A stretch of DNA of 64,000 nt, from assembly GCA_013202965.1 (NCBI GenBank), contig JABMQZ010000106.1:3315-67314 (forward strand), given 5' to 3'. The notes beneath the pieces are model-generated. The model was not told the origin of the DNA, ran no database searches, and saw only the letters and a list, made by a program, of their open reading frames with translations. The first letter of the stretch is position 1. Every line of letters starts with the position of its first letter. Of this stretch, positions 30,034 through 40,952 are shown piece after piece. Source of the stretch: Bacteroidota bacterium (GTDB lineage: Bacteria; Bacteroidota; Bacteroidia; Bacteroidales; B18-G4). A program made the position numbers and the translations under genes.

Positions 30034-30870
30034 ATGATAGAAAATAAAGCGTTTATCAGGGAGCTAAGCATTATCATTGTGAATTACAATGGGGGTGAAT
30101 TATTATTGAATTGCATTAACAGCCTTACGAGATATCTTCCTTCAGGCTTTGAAGTAATCGTTTTTGATAATAATTCCAGCGACAATTCTGCCGATAAACT
30201 TGAGCAACAGTTTGCGGATGAGAGTTTCTTAACCCTGATCAGATCAGATGTAAATCATGGCTTTGCCAGGGCAAACAACCTGGCAGCTGAAAGGGCAGGG
30301 GGGAGCTGTCTTCACTTCTTGAACCCTGATGTATTGATAAATTCCCGGATGGCTGAAGATTATGGCATGATCATAAACGGCAACAAGAAAGGAATATTCG
30401 TGACCGGGCTTATCGATAATGAAGGTCGCGTCCAGAAAATGCAGCACCTCATCCCCACCCTGGGGAATTATTTCAAGGCCTTATTTTGCAGGGGAAAGGC
30501 AGCATCCTGGAATATTGGAGCCAGTGTGATCATGGATACTACAGCATTCAAAGACCTTGGCGGATGGGCAGAAGATTATTTCATGTATGCGGAAGACCTC
30601 GACCTCTTTTATCTTGCGTACAAAAAGAAAATACCAATCACCTACATTGACAGCACCATCACCCATATTGGCAAAGGCTCGAGTGAAACTGTTTGGTCTG
30701 GCATGGAAAGAGCCATACTGATCGAACGGTCGACTCGAAAATTTTACACCAAGTACAAGATGGGCTGGCAGTATTATATTATACGCCCGATACAATTAAT
30801 ATATATTCTGATAAATGAGCCGAAAAATTTTGGAATTACTGTAAAAGCAATATTACATTCATTCTCCTAA
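30034..30870 (+). CDS. Family 2 glycosyltransferase
   Basis: LSIIIVNYNGGELLLNCINSL, FDNNSSD and YAEDLDL. Confidence 0.8.
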   Translation: MIENKAFIRELSIIIVNYNGGELLLNCINSLTRYLPSGFEVIVFDNNSSDNSADKLEQQFADESFLTLIRSDVNHGFARANNLAAERAGGSCLHFLNPDVLINSRMAEDYGMIINGNKKGIFVTGLIDNEGRVQKMQHLIPTLGNYFKALFCRGKAASWNIGASVIMDTTAFKDLGGWAEDYFMYAEDLDLFYLAYKKKIPITYIDSTITHIGKGSSETVWSGMERAILIERSTRKFYTKYKMGWQYYIIRPIQLIYILINEPKNFGITVKAILHSFS

Positions 30871-30871
30871 G

Positions 30872-31990
30872 ATGAAACGAGTATTATTCCTGGCCGATCC
30901 GTATTCAGTTCACACATATAAGTGGGCCACCTCCCTCTCGGAATTTGGGTATAAGATCTGCATTTTTTCTCTTCGGAGGCTTGACGAAAACAGCTTCGAT
31001 TATGGAGAGGAAATAGAAATTATACACTATGTACTCTCAAAGGATGTTTTAAGGCAAAAAAGCGGAAGTATTTTTAAGCTAAAGTACCTTGGAGCGCTCA
31101 GACATTTGCGAAAGACAATTAAAAACTTTAAACCGTCTATCATTCATGCACACTATGCCAGCAGTTATGGACTTCTGGGAGCATTGAGCGGATTCCACCC
31201 CCTGCTGATCTCATTGTGGGGAAGCGACATTTATGATTTTCCACAAAGGTCATATCTTCACAAAAGAATCTTAAAATACAATCTCAGCAAAGCCGATGTA
31301 GTCTTGTCCACCAGCAAAGCTATGGCAGATGAAGCTGGGAAGTATATTCAAAAACCAATTGAAATTACACCTTTTGGTATTGATATCGATATTTTTCAGC
31401 CATTAAAAACTGAAAGTGTTTTTGGCCCGGAGGATATTGTGATAGGAACAGTTAAGGCGCTGGAGAAAATCTATGGGATTGATTACCTGCTAAGGGCTTT
31501 TAAATTGCTGAAACAAAAACACCCTTCCAAATCGCTTAAACTGCTGATCGTTGGTGAAGGATCGCAAAAACAGCAACTTATAGATCTTGTTTCAGAATTC
31601 CACCTTGAAAACGATGTAGCGTTTCCCGGCTGGGTAAGACATGAAAAACTCCCCGCATATATTAATATGATCGATGTTTTTGTTGTTTTATCGCGTAGCG
31701 AGAGTTTTGGTGTAGCTGTACTTGAGGCCTCTTCATGCGGAAAGGCAGTGGTAGTGTCTGATGCGGGTGGACTGCCTGAAGTAGTGAAGGATAAGGAAAC
31801 AGGCATGGTAGTGCCCTCAGGAGACGTAGAAGCGGCATCACAGGCCATCGGAAGCCTGATCACAGATGAACAATTGCGCATGAAATTCGGTAATGCTGGC
31901 AGAAAAAGAGTACTGGAATTTTACAACTGGCAGGATAGTGTGAAACAAATGGCTGATATTTACGAAAAGCTAATTGGGCCTGAGAAATAG
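30872..31990 (+). CDS. Family 4 (GT-B) glycosyltransferase
   Basis: ESFGVAVLEASSCGKAVVVSDAGGLPEVV (E-x7-E region). Confidence 0.85.
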   Translation: MKRVLFLADPYSVHTYKWATSLSEFGYKICIFSLRRLDENSFDYGEEIEIIHYVLSKDVLRQKSGSIFKLKYLGALRHLRKTIKNFKPSIIHAHYASSYGLLGALSGFHPLLISLWGSDIYDFPQRSYLHKRILKYNLSKADVVLSTSKAMADEAGKYIQKPIEITPFGIDIDIFQPLKTESVFGPEDIVIGTVKALEKIYGIDYLLRAFKLLKQKHPSKSLKLLIVGEGSQKQQLIDLVSEFHLENDVAFPGWVRHEKLPAYINMIDVFVVLSRSESFGVAVLEASSCGKAVVVSDAGGLPEVVKDKETGMVVPSGDVEAASQAIGSLITDEQLRMKFGNAGRKRVLEFYNWQDSVKQMADIYEKLIGPEK

Positions 31991-32019
31991 AATGAGCTCA
32001 TACTGAATTATCTACACAT

Positions 32020-32607
32020 TCAGATAATCTTCCGGAAGGTTTTTATCATGATGGAAAGATCGGTGGTAAAAGATTGCTCCCTTACGTATTTCATGTTAAG
32101 CTCCAGTTTTGCCGGCATGATCTCTGTGATATATACCCTGTCAGGGTCTTCGCTCTGCCCCAGGAGCTCATCTTCATCGATATATTCAAGAGAAGCGTAA
32201 TCAGTGAGACCGGGCCTGACATTTAATACTTTCATCTGTTCCGCTGAGTATAGTTCAACATATTTGCGCACTTCCGGCCGTGGGCCTACAAAACTCATAT
32301 CCCCTTTCAGTATGTTCAGCATCTGTGGCAACTCATCTAATTTGGCTTTTCGGAGAAACCTACCTGCCCGGCTTACCCGCGGGTCATGATTACCAAGGGT
32401 GAGCAAACCCAATGTATCTGATTCCGGCCGCATGCTGCGGAATTTGTACATGCGGAAATCCCTGTTGTTTTTTCCAACCCTTGACTGTAAATAAAAAATG
32501 CCACCGCGGGAGTCGATAATTATCCGGATGGAAATGATGATAAAGACAGGCAATAATATAAGCATGAAAGCCAGGGACATGAATATGTCAAACAGTCGTT
32601 TTAGCAT
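32020..32607 (-). CDS. Polyprenyl-phosphate sugar phosphotransferase (small PglC/WbaP-C-type 'bacterial sugar transferase')
   Basis: MLKRLFDIFMSLAF..., KFRSM, DELPQMLNILKGDMSFVGPRP. Confidence 0.9.
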   Translation of the reverse strand: MLKRLFDIFMSLAFMLILLPVFIIISIRIIIDSRGGIFYLQSRVGKNNRDFRMYKFRSMRPESDTLGLLTLGNHDPRVSRAGRFLRKAKLDELPQMLNILKGDMSFVGPRPEVRKYVELYSAEQMKVLNVRPGLTDYASLEYIDEDELLGQSEDPDRVYITEIMPAKLELNMKYVREQSFTTDLSIMIKTFRKII

Positions 32608-32609
32608 AT

Positions 32610-33818
32610 TTAGAGTACTTCTTCCACCGATTCAATAACTGCATTGATAACCGTTTGAACCTGTTCGTCGTTCAGATCATAATACACCGGCAAGGTGATC
32701 ACACGGCTGAAATTATCATAACTGACAGGGTAATCATCTATCGTATATCCGGCATTTTTATAATAGCTTAGCATGGGAAGAGGGATGAAATGCACATTTA
32801 CCGAAACCTGCCTGTCAAAGATCCTGCTGATGATACTGTTCCTCTGCGCTTCATCAATTCCTTTTATCCTGAGCAGATAAACATGGTATGAAGATGTTTT
32901 ATCAGCAGTTTCGTATGGGGGAAGAATGGCCCAGTCCTTATCAGCCAACCCCTCGCTGTACAGCTCAAATATTTGCTTTCTTCTTACCAGCATGTCTTCA
33001 TCGTAGCGTTGTAGCTCTACTATGCCCATTGCTGCCTGTATGTCGGTCATATTATATTTATAACCGGCTTCTATCACATCGTATTGCCAGCTACCAGCCC
33101 TGGTTTTAGCCAGGGCATCTTTGGTTTGGCCATGGAGCGACTTAATACATAAATATTTATATACTTTTTCATTGTTGAAAGGCTTGGGAAGATTCAGGCA
33201 TACTGCTCCGCCTTCAGCAGTGGTCATGTTTTTAACTGCATGGAAAGAAAAAACGCTGGTATCGGTAAATGTTCCTGTTTTTCTTCCTTGGTATCTGGCG
33301 CCGATGGAATGTGCGGCATCTGAGAGTACCAGGATCCTGCCAAGCATTTCCTGTTCCTGCGTTTTCGGAGTGAACATCTTTCGAATGAACTCCTCATTCA
33401 CTAATTTGTTCATCTCATCGTAATCACAGGGAAAGCCTGCAAGGTCAACGGGGATGATCACTTTTGTAGCCGCTGTGATGGCCTGCCTGATTTTTTTGGT
33501 ATCAATGTTAAAATCTGCTCCTGAATCTACAAAAACCGGCTTTGCGCCGCAATGAACCACTACATTGGCCGTGGCAGTGTAAGTGTATGCCGGAACGATT
33601 ACCTCATCACCTTCACCCACACCAAACCAGCGGAGCATCAATTCGAGTCCTGATGATCCTGAATTTACGCAAAGCGTGGCCTCATGTCCGCAGTATTCAC
33701 TGATCATTTTCTCGAATTGCCTGGTGCGCGGACCGGTAGTGATCCATCCGGATTTAAGGGCAGCGGTTACCTCGTCAATGATTTTCTGATCGATGCGCGG
33801 CGGGGAAAATGGGATCAT
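32610..33818 (-). CDS. DegT/DnrJ/EryC1/StrS-family sugar aminotransferase (PglE-like)
   Basis: FSFHAVKNMTTAEGG (PLP lysine context), plus the N-terminal IPFSPPRID...GWITTGP. Confidence 0.9.
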   Translation of the reverse strand: MIPFSPPRIDQKIIDEVTAALKSGWITTGPRTRQFEKMISEYCGHEATLCVNSGSSGLELMLRWFGVGEGDEVIVPAYTYTATANVVVHCGAKPVFVDSGADFNIDTKKIRQAITAATKVIIPVDLAGFPCDYDEMNKLVNEEFIRKMFTPKTQEQEMLGRILVLSDAAHSIGARYQGRKTGTFTDTSVFSFHAVKNMTTAEGGAVCLNLPKPFNNEKVYKYLCIKSLHGQTKDALAKTRAGSWQYDVIEAGYKYNMTDIQAAMGIVELQRYDEDMLVRRKQIFELYSEGLADKDWAILPPYETADKTSSYHVYLLRIKGIDEAQRNSIISRIFDRQVSVNVHFIPLPMLSYYKNAGYTIDDYPVSYDNFSRVITLPVYYDLNDEQVQTVINAVIESVEEVL

Positions 33819-33832
33819 GGTCTGAATTTTTA

Positions 33833-34786
33833 CTATTGATTTGCGGCAAGAAAATCGTTTATATTCTTTTCTACCCTGTCCAGCACATTTGATACATCTG
33901 CTTTCACGAATTTATCACCGGTGATGCTTTCATAAAGTTCAATATATCTTTCAGAAACTGTATTGATAAACTCATCAGACATAAAGGGAACTTCCTGTCC
34001 TTCCTGTCCCATGAACCCCTGTCCCATGAGCCATTCACGAACAAATTCCTTGCTAAGCTGTTTTTGTTGCTCATCATTTTCCTGCCGTTCTTCGTAACCT
34101 TCACGATAAAAATAACGTGAGGAATCCGGTGTGTGAATCTCATCGATAAGGTAGATCTGATCGCCCACCTTCCCGAATTCATATTTGGTGTCAACCAGGA
34201 TCAATCCCATTTCTGCTGCAATTTCAGAACCTCTTTGAAAGAGTTCACGTGTGTATTTGTCCAGAAGGAAATAATCTTCTTCGGAAACAAGCCCCTGGCG
34301 AATGATCTCTTCTACAGAAATATCTTCATCATGAGCGCCTTCCCGGGCTTTGGTGGTTGGGGTTACTATGGGCTCCGGAAAAGCCTGGTGTTCTTTCATC
34401 CCATCGGGTATAGGTACGCCGCAGATCTCGCGTGCTCCCTTTTTATATGTTCGCCATGAACTGCCGGTAAGATATCCGCGGATGATCATCTCCACCGGGA
34501 AAGGATTGCAAAAACGGCCCACCGTCACCATGGGGTCGGGAACAGCAATTTTCCAGTTGGGAACAATGTCAGCGGTGGCATCAAGGAATTTTGCGGCAAT
34601 CTGGTTCAAAACCTGTCCTTTATAGGGTATTCCCTTAGGGAGAACCACATCAAAAGCTGAGATCCGGTCACTTACAACCATCACCATCAGCTCGTCTCCT
34701 ATATTATATACATCGCGTACTTTTCCTTTATACAAACTTTTTTGCCCGGGGAAACTAAATTCTGTTTTCGTTATAGTATTGTTCAT
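33833..34786 (-). CDS. purC: Phosphoribosylaminoimidazole-succinocarboxamide synthase
   Basis: [10 protein letters not shown]...[10 protein letters not shown]...LVDTKYEFG. Start set to MNNTITK (34786), because the 400-aa track ORF over-extends into the divergent promoter. Confidence 0.9.
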   Translation of the reverse strand: MNNTITKTEFSFPGQKSLYKGKVRDVYNIGDELMVMVVSDRISAFDVVLPKGIPYKGQVLNQIAAKFLDATADIVPNWKIAVPDPMVTVGRFCNPFPVEMIIRGYLTGSSWRTYKKGAREICGVPIPDGMKEHQAFPEPIVTPTTKAREGAHDEDISVEEIIRQGLVSEEDYFLLDKYTRELFQRGSEIAAEMGLILVDTKYEFGKVGDQIYLIDEIHTPDSSRYFYREGYEERQENDEQQKQLSKEFVREWLMGQGFMGQEGQEVPFMSDEFINTVSERYIELYESITGDKFVKADVSNVLDRVEKNINDFLAANQ

Positions 34787-34869
34787 TCTTTTTGGTCTAA
34801 TGGGTTTACAAAAATAGAGATAATTCAGTAATTTTGCAGTTCTTAGCAGAGAATATTTTTCACCTGATA

Positions 34870-36675
34870 ATGGATCACAATATGATAAAACAACATATTT
34901 CCCATATGCTTGCAGAGCGGGCCGGACAATATCAATCCCGCGAAGTTTTCCGGTATTTTGATAAAAGCACTCAAGGAATTCTTTCCATGAGCTGGGACGA
35001 AATGATCGGACAAACCCATAATGTTTCAAGAGCAATCAAGTCCCTGGGATACGGCTATGATGATAAAATTGGCATTTTCAGTGGCAACAGGCCTGAGTGG
35101 ACTATTGCCGATTTTGGCATACTCGCTGTACGCGGAGTGGCAGTTCCATTTTATTCGACATCATCTAAACATGAAATAAAGTACATCGTGGATGAAACTG
35201 AGATGAAGCTGATGTTCGTAGGCAATCATGATCAACTTGAGAAGGCATTGTGGGTGCTTGACCATTGTGACACACTGGACAGGCTTGTGGTATTTGAACC
35301 CGGAGGGATACTGAAAGATGAGCGCTGTATGGCATGGAAGGAATTTCTCGAATTGGGTTCAGATGAAAAATATGCTCTTATGGCAGAAAAGGCCCTGGCA
35401 GAGGCTGAAGAAGATGACCTGGCCACAATCATATATACATCAGGGACTACCGGTGAGCCAAAAGGCGTGATGCTGGGCCACAATCATTTTATGTTCGCCT
35501 TCGGCATTCACGATAAGCGAATTCCAATGGAAGACACAGATGTTTCTATGTGTTTTCTGCCATTGAGCCATGTATTTGAGCGTACCTGGACCTTCTATGT
35601 CCTGTATAAGGGTGCAGTCAATCATTATCTGGAGAATCCGCGGGAAGTAATAGAGATGATGCCGAAAGTCAGGCCAACGACCATCTGTGTGGTTCCCAGG
35701 TTTTTTGAAAAAACCCATGAAGGCATTATGCTTGAATATTCAAAGTGGCCCGGGTATAAAAAGAAATTGTTTGACTGGTCGCTTAAGATTGGTTATCAAA
35801 TATCGGATTACAAAAGTAAAAATCTGAAAGTTCCGGCCTTGTTAAAGAATAAATACGCGCTTGCCGATAAACTTGTTTTGGGGAAACTCAGAAATATCTT
35901 CGGTGGTAATATTAAATTCATGCCTGTATCAGGTGCAGCCATCAGGCCTGAGCTTCTCAGGTTTTTTCATGCTACCGGCCTCTTCGTGAATTATGGATAT
36001 GGGGCAACGGAAACGACTGCAACCGTATCATGTTTTAAGTCAGATGTTTATAATTTTGATACATGCGGAACTACCATGCCTGATGTTGAAGTGAAGTTCG
36101 GAGAAGAAGGGGAGATCATGGTGAAAGGCGGAACAGTATTCAGTGGTTATTACAATAAACCTGAAGAAACACTTGCTGCTCTGCAGGATGGTTATTATAT
36201 GACCGGTGACAAAGGGTATTTTGCAGATAATGGTGATCTTGTGATGACTGACAGGATCAAAGATCTTATGAAAACCTCCTTGGGGAAATATATTTCCCCA
36301 CAGAAACTCGAACTCCTTTTAGGTAATGACAGGTATATCGAACAGATGGTCGTTGTGGGTGATGACCGTAAATTTGTATCAGCCCTGATCGTTCCCTCAT
36401 ATGAAAACCTGCACGAAAAGGCAAAAGAATTTGGATTAAGTTCTATGACGGATGCAGAGGTAGTTGAAAACGAAGTGATCCTTGCTTTTATGCAAAAACG
36501 TATTGATCTTCTCCAGGAAGAACTAAGTCAACACGAAAAAATTGTAAAATTTCATCTCTTGCCTGAAGCCTTCAGTATTGAAAAAAATACCATGACCAGT
36601 ACATTAAAGTTACGCAGGAAGATCATCGCAAAGCAATACTGTGATCAGATCGAGGCCATGTACTTATCTTCTTAG
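34870..36675 (+). CDS. Long-chain fatty acid-CoA ligase (AMP-binding)
   Basis: [23 protein letters not shown] and [18 protein letters not shown]. The start could be 34870 or 34882. Confidence 0.85.
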   Translation: MDHNMIKQHISHMLAERAGQYQSREVFRYFDKSTQGILSMSWDEMIGQTHNVSRAIKSLGYGYDDKIGIFSGNRPEWTIADFGILAVRGVAVPFYSTSSKHEIKYIVDETEMKLMFVGNHDQLEKALWVLDHCDTLDRLVVFEPGGILKDERCMAWKEFLELGSDEKYALMAEKALAEAEEDDLATIIYTSGTTGEPKGVMLGHNHFMFAFGIHDKRIPMEDTDVSMCFLPLSHVFERTWTFYVLYKGAVNHYLENPREVIEMMPKVRPTTICVVPRFFEKTHEGIMLEYSKWPGYKKKLFDWSLKIGYQISDYKSKNLKVPALLKNKYALADKLVLGKLRNIFGGNIKFMPVSGAAIRPELLRFFHATGLFVNYGYGATETTATVSCFKSDVYNFDTCGTTMPDVEVKFGEEGEIMVKGGTVFSGYYNKPEETLAALQDGYYMTGDKGYFADNGDLVMTDRIKDLMKTSLGKYISPQKLELLLGNDRYIEQMVVVGDDRKFVSALIVPSYENLHEKAKEFGLSSMTDAEVVENEVILAFMQKRIDLLQEELSQHEKIVKFHLLPEAFSIEKNTMTSTLKLRRKIIAKQYCDQIEAMYLSS

Positions 36676-37542
36676 CTTCCATCGTTTATGTGTCCACAAC
36701 CAGTTTTCAGGCTTATTGATGATTACGGATTCAAGTTTTGCAGCATAACGCCGTGTAATCTCCCCCTCCTGAAGATCCTTCGGATCGTCGGCCAGTAATG
36801 AAAGCTCAATTTCATAAAAGCCACGTTTTACCCTTTGAATATCCACATACATGACAGGGTAATTATTATTCCTTGCATGTTTTTCAGGCCCGTGAAGAAA
36901 AGCGGTGTCGATGCCGAGAAAGTTGATCCAGTATGCCCTGGAAACATTTGAAGGACTCTGGTCCGCGACGAGCATATAAATTGCCGGAATGTGACGGTTT
37001 TCTTCAAAAGTTTTTGTTGTTTCTGTGATGGGTGCCAGGGTGGTTCCAAACCTGGCACGGCTTTTAAGCAGAAACTTATTTATATATGGGTTGCTGAGCG
37101 GTTTATATATGGCAAATGTTTTGTGAATCACCTGGAGGTTGGCAGAAAGGCTGCCCCATTCCCAGTTACCATAATGGCCGGTCACGGCAATGATGCTTTT
37201 CCCCGCTTCATAATAGGGCTTCACGGTTTCAGGGTTAAGGATTTTATGTCGGCGAAGGATCTGCTTTCGACTCATGGTAAATGACCGGATGCCTTCCACA
37301 ATTATATCGGAAAGGTTTATATATACAGGCTTCAGCAGCTGAGTCAGCTCCTTCTTATCCTTTTTTGGAAATGCCAGCTGAAGATTATCCAGAACCACTT
37401 TTTTCCTGTATGAAAAAATATGAAACAGGAATACATAGATCAGCCAGGAAAATGCATACATCAGGCGATATGGGAGGATACCGATAAACCATATCAGCAG
37501 GTAAAAGAAGAAAGCGGAAATAATTTTCATGCTTATCGGCAA
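36664..37542 (-). CDS. Lipid A biosynthesis (LpxL/HtrB-like) lysophospholipid acyltransferase family protein
   Basis: N-terminal TM, the GHYGNWEW (H-x4-type) motif and about 290 aa. Confidence 0.7.
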   Translation of the reverse strand: MPISMKIISAFFFYLLIWFIGILPYRLMYAFSWLIYVFLFHIFSYRKKVVLDNLQLAFPKKDKKELTQLLKPVYINLSDIIVEGIRSFTMSRKQILRRHKILNPETVKPYYEAGKSIIAVTGHYGNWEWGSLSANLQVIHKTFAIYKPLSNPYINKFLLKSRARFGTTLAPITETTKTFEENRHIPAIYMLVADQSPSNVSRAYWINFLGIDTAFLHGPEKHARNNNYPVMYVDIQRVKRGFYEIELSLLADDPKDLQEGEITRRYAAKLESVIINKPENWLWTHKRWKLRR

Positions 37543-37595
37543 TGCTATTTACCGACAAGGATAGTCTTTTTTCATGAAAAGGAAAGGACCTGACA

Positions 37596-37994
37596 CTAAT
37601 CCTGAAGCCCCAGTTCCTGCATTTTTTTATCTATTTTGTCTGAAATCGCTTCAAACCTTTTCTGAAACTCCTCCTTTTGCGCGCAGGCAGCATAGTTGCT
37701 CCAATCTGTGTACCAGGTCATCATCGACTCGGAAAGCTCAGTATATTCCTCTCCAATCTCTAAATTTGTGGGATCCTTGACATAAGCTTCCAGGATTTCC
37801 AGATAGTCGTCTGTCCATTTTTCATAATCATCAAGGAATTCATCACATGTTTTCGCAACATCATCATCCGCTGCAACATCTGATTCTTCGATATTAACAG
37901 CTTCGTCGCTGATTTCTTCCGTTTGTTCAGCGCTTCCTCCGCATGAGAACATGGTGAAACTCAGTACCACAAAGACATAAAATAATTTTTTCAT
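37596..37994 (-). CDS. Small acidic lipoprotein, function unknown
   Basis: Lipobox-like LSFTMFSCGG followed by a highly acidic mature part. Confidence 0.5.
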   Translation of the reverse strand: MKKLFYVFVVLSFTMFSCGGSAEQTEEISDEAVNIEESDVAADDDVAKTCDEFLDDYEKWTDDYLEILEAYVKDPTNLEIGEEYTELSESMMTWYTDWSNYAACAQKEEFQKRFEAISDKIDKKMQELGLQD

Positions 37995-38090
37995 AAGCTT
38001 AAAATTTGAATGAATAAGGTTTGTAAATTTGGTTTGTGATGCAATAAAGATACGAATTTTTTGCAGGAATGAAGACTGCTGGCTACCCGC

Positions 38091-38132
38091 CTTCGTTATT
38101 CGCTATTCGCTATTCCTTATTCCTTATCTTTT
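38091..38132. repeat. Tandem heptamer array (CTTCGTT ATTCGCT ATTCGCT ATTCCTT ATTCCTT ATCTTTT)
   Basis: Read directly. It straddles the phoH stop codon (38117-38119) and covers its last four codons. The unit is the reverse complement of the 26231 array unit (GAATAGC). Confidence 0.85.
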
Positions 38133-39073
38133 CCGTAGGCAGCAATAATGTTGCCAACAAGCTTATGACGAATAATATCTTTCTCGTCAAGGTAAATAAA
38201 ATCAATGCCTTTGGTTTTCTTAAGTATCCGGGCTGCGTGTATCAGGCCGGATTCCTGTTTTGGTGGCAGGTCGATCTGGGTGATATCCCCTGTTACTAAA
38301 AATTTTGCCGTACGTCCCATCCGTGTCAGGAACATTTTGATTTGGTTGGGTGTAGCATTCTGTGCTTCATCCAGGATGGCAAAGGCATGGTCGAGGGTAC
38401 GGCCACGCATGAAAGCCAATGGAGCTACCTCAATGGTGCCATCTTCAAGGTAAGATAAAAGTTTTTGTGTGGGCAGCATATCCCTGAGGGCATCATAAAG
38501 CGGTTGCAGATAAGGGTCCAGCTTTTCTTTCAGGTCTCCGGGCAGAAAGCCGAGGTTCTCACCTGCTTCCACTGCCGGCCGGGTAAGAATGATCCGCTTG
38601 ACTTCTTTGTTTTTTAAGGCCCTTACCGCCAGTGCTACTGCAGTATAGGTTTTTCCTGTTCCGGCGGGGCCGATGGCAAAAATAAGATCATGTTCTTCGC
38701 TGCTCTTAACCATCCTGCGCTGGTTTACAGTCCTTGCTTTAATCAGTAGTCCGTCGCGGCCAAAAACCAGTACATCATTGTTTTTATCTTCCTTTGTCTG
38801 CTTCATAACATCATTGTTGTCTTCTGTTCCCATGATCTGCAGCACATCGTTTTCCGTGATCCTCCCAAAGCGCTCGTAAGAAGCCAGCAGAAGTGAAAAC
38901 CGGCGATCAAATTCTTTAAGGTCCTTATCGGGACCTGCCACTTTAAGTGTGTCTCCCCGGGCGATCACTTTTAACTGGGGAAACATTGTTTTAATGAGGT
39001 TCAGGTTGCTGTCGTTGATCCCGTATATTTCCAGGAGACTGTATGCTTCTAAGGAGATGATCTTTTCGCTCAT
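38117..39073 (-). CDS. phoH: PhoH-family ATPase
   Basis: Walker A (IGPAGTGKTY) and ILDEAQN. Confidence 0.9.
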   Translation of the reverse strand: MSEKIISLEAYSLLEIYGINDSNLNLIKTMFPQLKVIARGDTLKVAGPDKDLKEFDRRFSLLLASYERFGRITENDVLQIMGTEDNNDVMKQTKEDKNNDVLVFGRDGLLIKARTVNQRRMVKSSEEHDLIFAIGPAGTGKTYTAVALAVRALKNKEVKRIILTRPAVEAGENLGFLPGDLKEKLDPYLQPLYDALRDMLPTQKLLSYLEDGTIEVAPLAFMRGRTLDHAFAILDEAQNATPNQIKMFLTRMGRTAKFLVTGDITQIDLPPKQESGLIHAARILKKTKGIDFIYLDEKDIIRHKLVGNIIAAYGKDKE

Positions 39074-39162
39074 ATATGCTATTGTGTTAATATTATGATG
39101 GCCGTTCAGGACTTATATTTTATCAAAATTATTAAAAAAACAAATGATGTATCCGAAATTAT

Positions 39163-39170
39163 TACTTTTG
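39163..39170 (+). promoter_or_regulatory. Candidate -7 box (TACTTTTG)
   Basis: TAnnTTTG match 50 nt upstream of the ATG at 39220. Confidence 0.3.
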
Positions 39171-39219
39171 ATAGCGGTTTAGAAGGGATAATAACAATAC
39201 GACCATAACATTCAGCTAT

Positions 39220-39996
39220 ATGCCGGTAATAACACTCACCAGTGACTGGGGAACAAAAGATCATTACCTTGCTTCGGTAAAGGGTATGATATTAAAGCAG
39301 ATGCCGGATGCGCGCATTATCGATATTTCTCATCATATCCCTCCCCATAATCTTACCCAGGCTGCCTTTGTAATAAAGAACTGCTACAGGGATTTCCCCC
39401 CGGGAACCATACATATTATAGGGATCAGCACCGAGGAATCAGAGGCGATGCCGCATACTGCAGTCCTGGCAGAAGGACAATTTTTTATTGGATGTGATAA
39501 CGGCATCTTTTCACTCATCTTTGATGAGCTTCCCGAGAAGATCGTTGAGATTGATGTGATCCAGGATTCGGAATTTTTTACTTTTTCCTCGCGCGACCGC
39601 TTTGTCAGGGCTGCCGTGATGCTGGCAAAAGGGGACGACATATCTGAATTGGGCAATCCCCGGGATAAATTGAATGAAAAGATCCTGTTTGCCCCGGTAG
39701 TGGAGAAAGATGTGATCAAAGGCATGGCCATATATGTGGATAATTACGAGAATGTGATCACCAATATAAGCAGGGAAAGGTTCCGGGAAGTAGGGAAAAA
39801 CAGGAAGTTCAGCATTATTATCAGGGGAGAGGAGATCAGGAAGATCTACGATTCATATTCTGATGTTCCGGTAGGCGAGATCCTCGCTCTTTTCGGTTGC
39901 CATGGCTTCATGGAAATTGCCATGAACAACGGCACGGCCGGCAGCCTGCTGGGCCTGGATACCGATGATCCGATAAGGGTGGAGTTTTATGATTAG
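39220..39996 (+). CDS. SAM hydrolase / SAM hydroxide adenosyltransferase family protein (DUF62)
   Basis: ITLTSDWGTKDHYLASVKGMIL, and the length and architecture are typical of the family. Confidence 0.75.
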   Translation: MPVITLTSDWGTKDHYLASVKGMILKQMPDARIIDISHHIPPHNLTQAAFVIKNCYRDFPPGTIHIIGISTEESEAMPHTAVLAEGQFFIGCDNGIFSLIFDELPEKIVEIDVIQDSEFFTFSSRDRFVRAAVMLAKGDDISELGNPRDKLNEKILFAPVVEKDVIKGMAIYVDNYENVITNISRERFREVGKNRKFSIIIRGEEIRKIYDSYSDVPVGEILALFGCHGFMEIAMNNGTAGSLLGLDTDDPIRVEFYD

Positions 39997-40052
39997 TCGA
40001 TTGTCGATACTCGCTATTCGTTATTCGCTATTCGATGTTCCCGCTTCGTACA
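39997..40052. repeat. Tandem heptamer array, 8 units all starting with TCG/TCC (TCGATTG TCGATAC TCGCTAT TCGTTAT TCGCTAT TCGATGT TCCCGCT TCGTACA)
   Basis: It begins at the first base after the TAG stop (39994-39996). Confidence 0.85.
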
Positions 40053-40189
40053 AGGAGATGAGAGAAGGCTGTCATCTTTATACTAAACTTCACTCCTTCA
40101 CGTTTCCATTAAAATCATTATTTTAGCGCCTTGCTTCGGGATGCAGACCTATTGCACCTGCCGGCTTAATGGATTAAGTATACTAAAGA

Positions 40190-40921
40190 ATGTTTGTACT
40201 GCTACGAAAGGAAATCGAAGGCTTTTTGAGCTCCCTCATCGCGTATATCGTGATCGTGGTATTCCTGGTTGTGGTAAGCTTCTTCCTCTGGGTGATACGT
40301 TTTGGGAATAACATCATTGCAAACGGCTATGCCGGCATCGATGGCCTCTTTACGATCGCACCCATGGTTTTCCTCTTCCTGATCCCTGCCATTACCATGC
40401 GGATGTTCGCCGAAGAGAAAAAAGGAGGCACCATCGAACTCCTCCTGACACAACCCCTGTCGGATATGCAGATCATCCTGGCCAAGTATTTTGCCGGGCT
40501 TATACTGGTGGTCTTTGCTCTGCTGCCTACACTGGTGTATTATTATTCAGTGTATCAACTCGGCATGCCTCCCGGAAACATTGATGCCGGTGCCATGTGG
40601 GGCTCCTACATCGGTTTGCTTTTCCTCGGTGGAAGCTTTGTTGCCATAGGATTGTTTGCATCTTCCATTACTGATAACCAGATCGTTTCCTTCATCCTGG
40701 CAGCCCTGCTATCAGCATTTTTCTATATAGGCTTTGAATTTATCTGGCCACTGGAAGTTTTCGGAAACGTGGGGCTTTTTATCGAATCCCTGGGCATCTT
40801 TGCCCATTATGAGTCCATCAGCAGAGGGGTGATCGACAGCAGGGATCTTGTGTATTTTGTGAGTGTCATCGGATTGTTCCTTATGCTGACAAGGTTTACA
40901 CTGGCAAGCAGGAAATGGTAA
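40190..40921 (+). CDS. gldF: Gliding-motility-associated ABC transporter permease
   Basis: A 243-aa ABC-2-type permease located directly upstream of a GldG-like gene. Confidence 0.75.
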   Translation: MFVLLRKEIEGFLSSLIAYIVIVVFLVVVSFFLWVIRFGNNIIANGYAGIDGLFTIAPMVFLFLIPAITMRMFAEEKKGGTIELLLTQPLSDMQIILAKYFAGLILVVFALLPTLVYYYSVYQLGMPPGNIDAGAMWGSYIGLLFLGGSFVAIGLFASSITDNQIVSFILAALLSAFFYIGFEFIWPLEVFGNVGLFIESLGIFAHYESISRGVIDSRDLVYFVSVIGLFLMLTRFTLASRKW

Positions 40922-40952
40922 AGAATTAAGATAACAGCAAGAACTAAACACA

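Noticed and set aside
34787-35035. N-terminal extensions suggested by the longest-ORF track: purC to 35035, rocD from 16184, rSAM-B to 8149, yicC to 10974, the nucleoside phosphorylase from 25313 and rSAM-A to 1951 (TTG).
   Set aside because: The extensions lack homology-like sequence, run into divergent promoter regions or neighbouring genes, and internal ATGs give canonical family N-termini ([50 protein letters not shown]).
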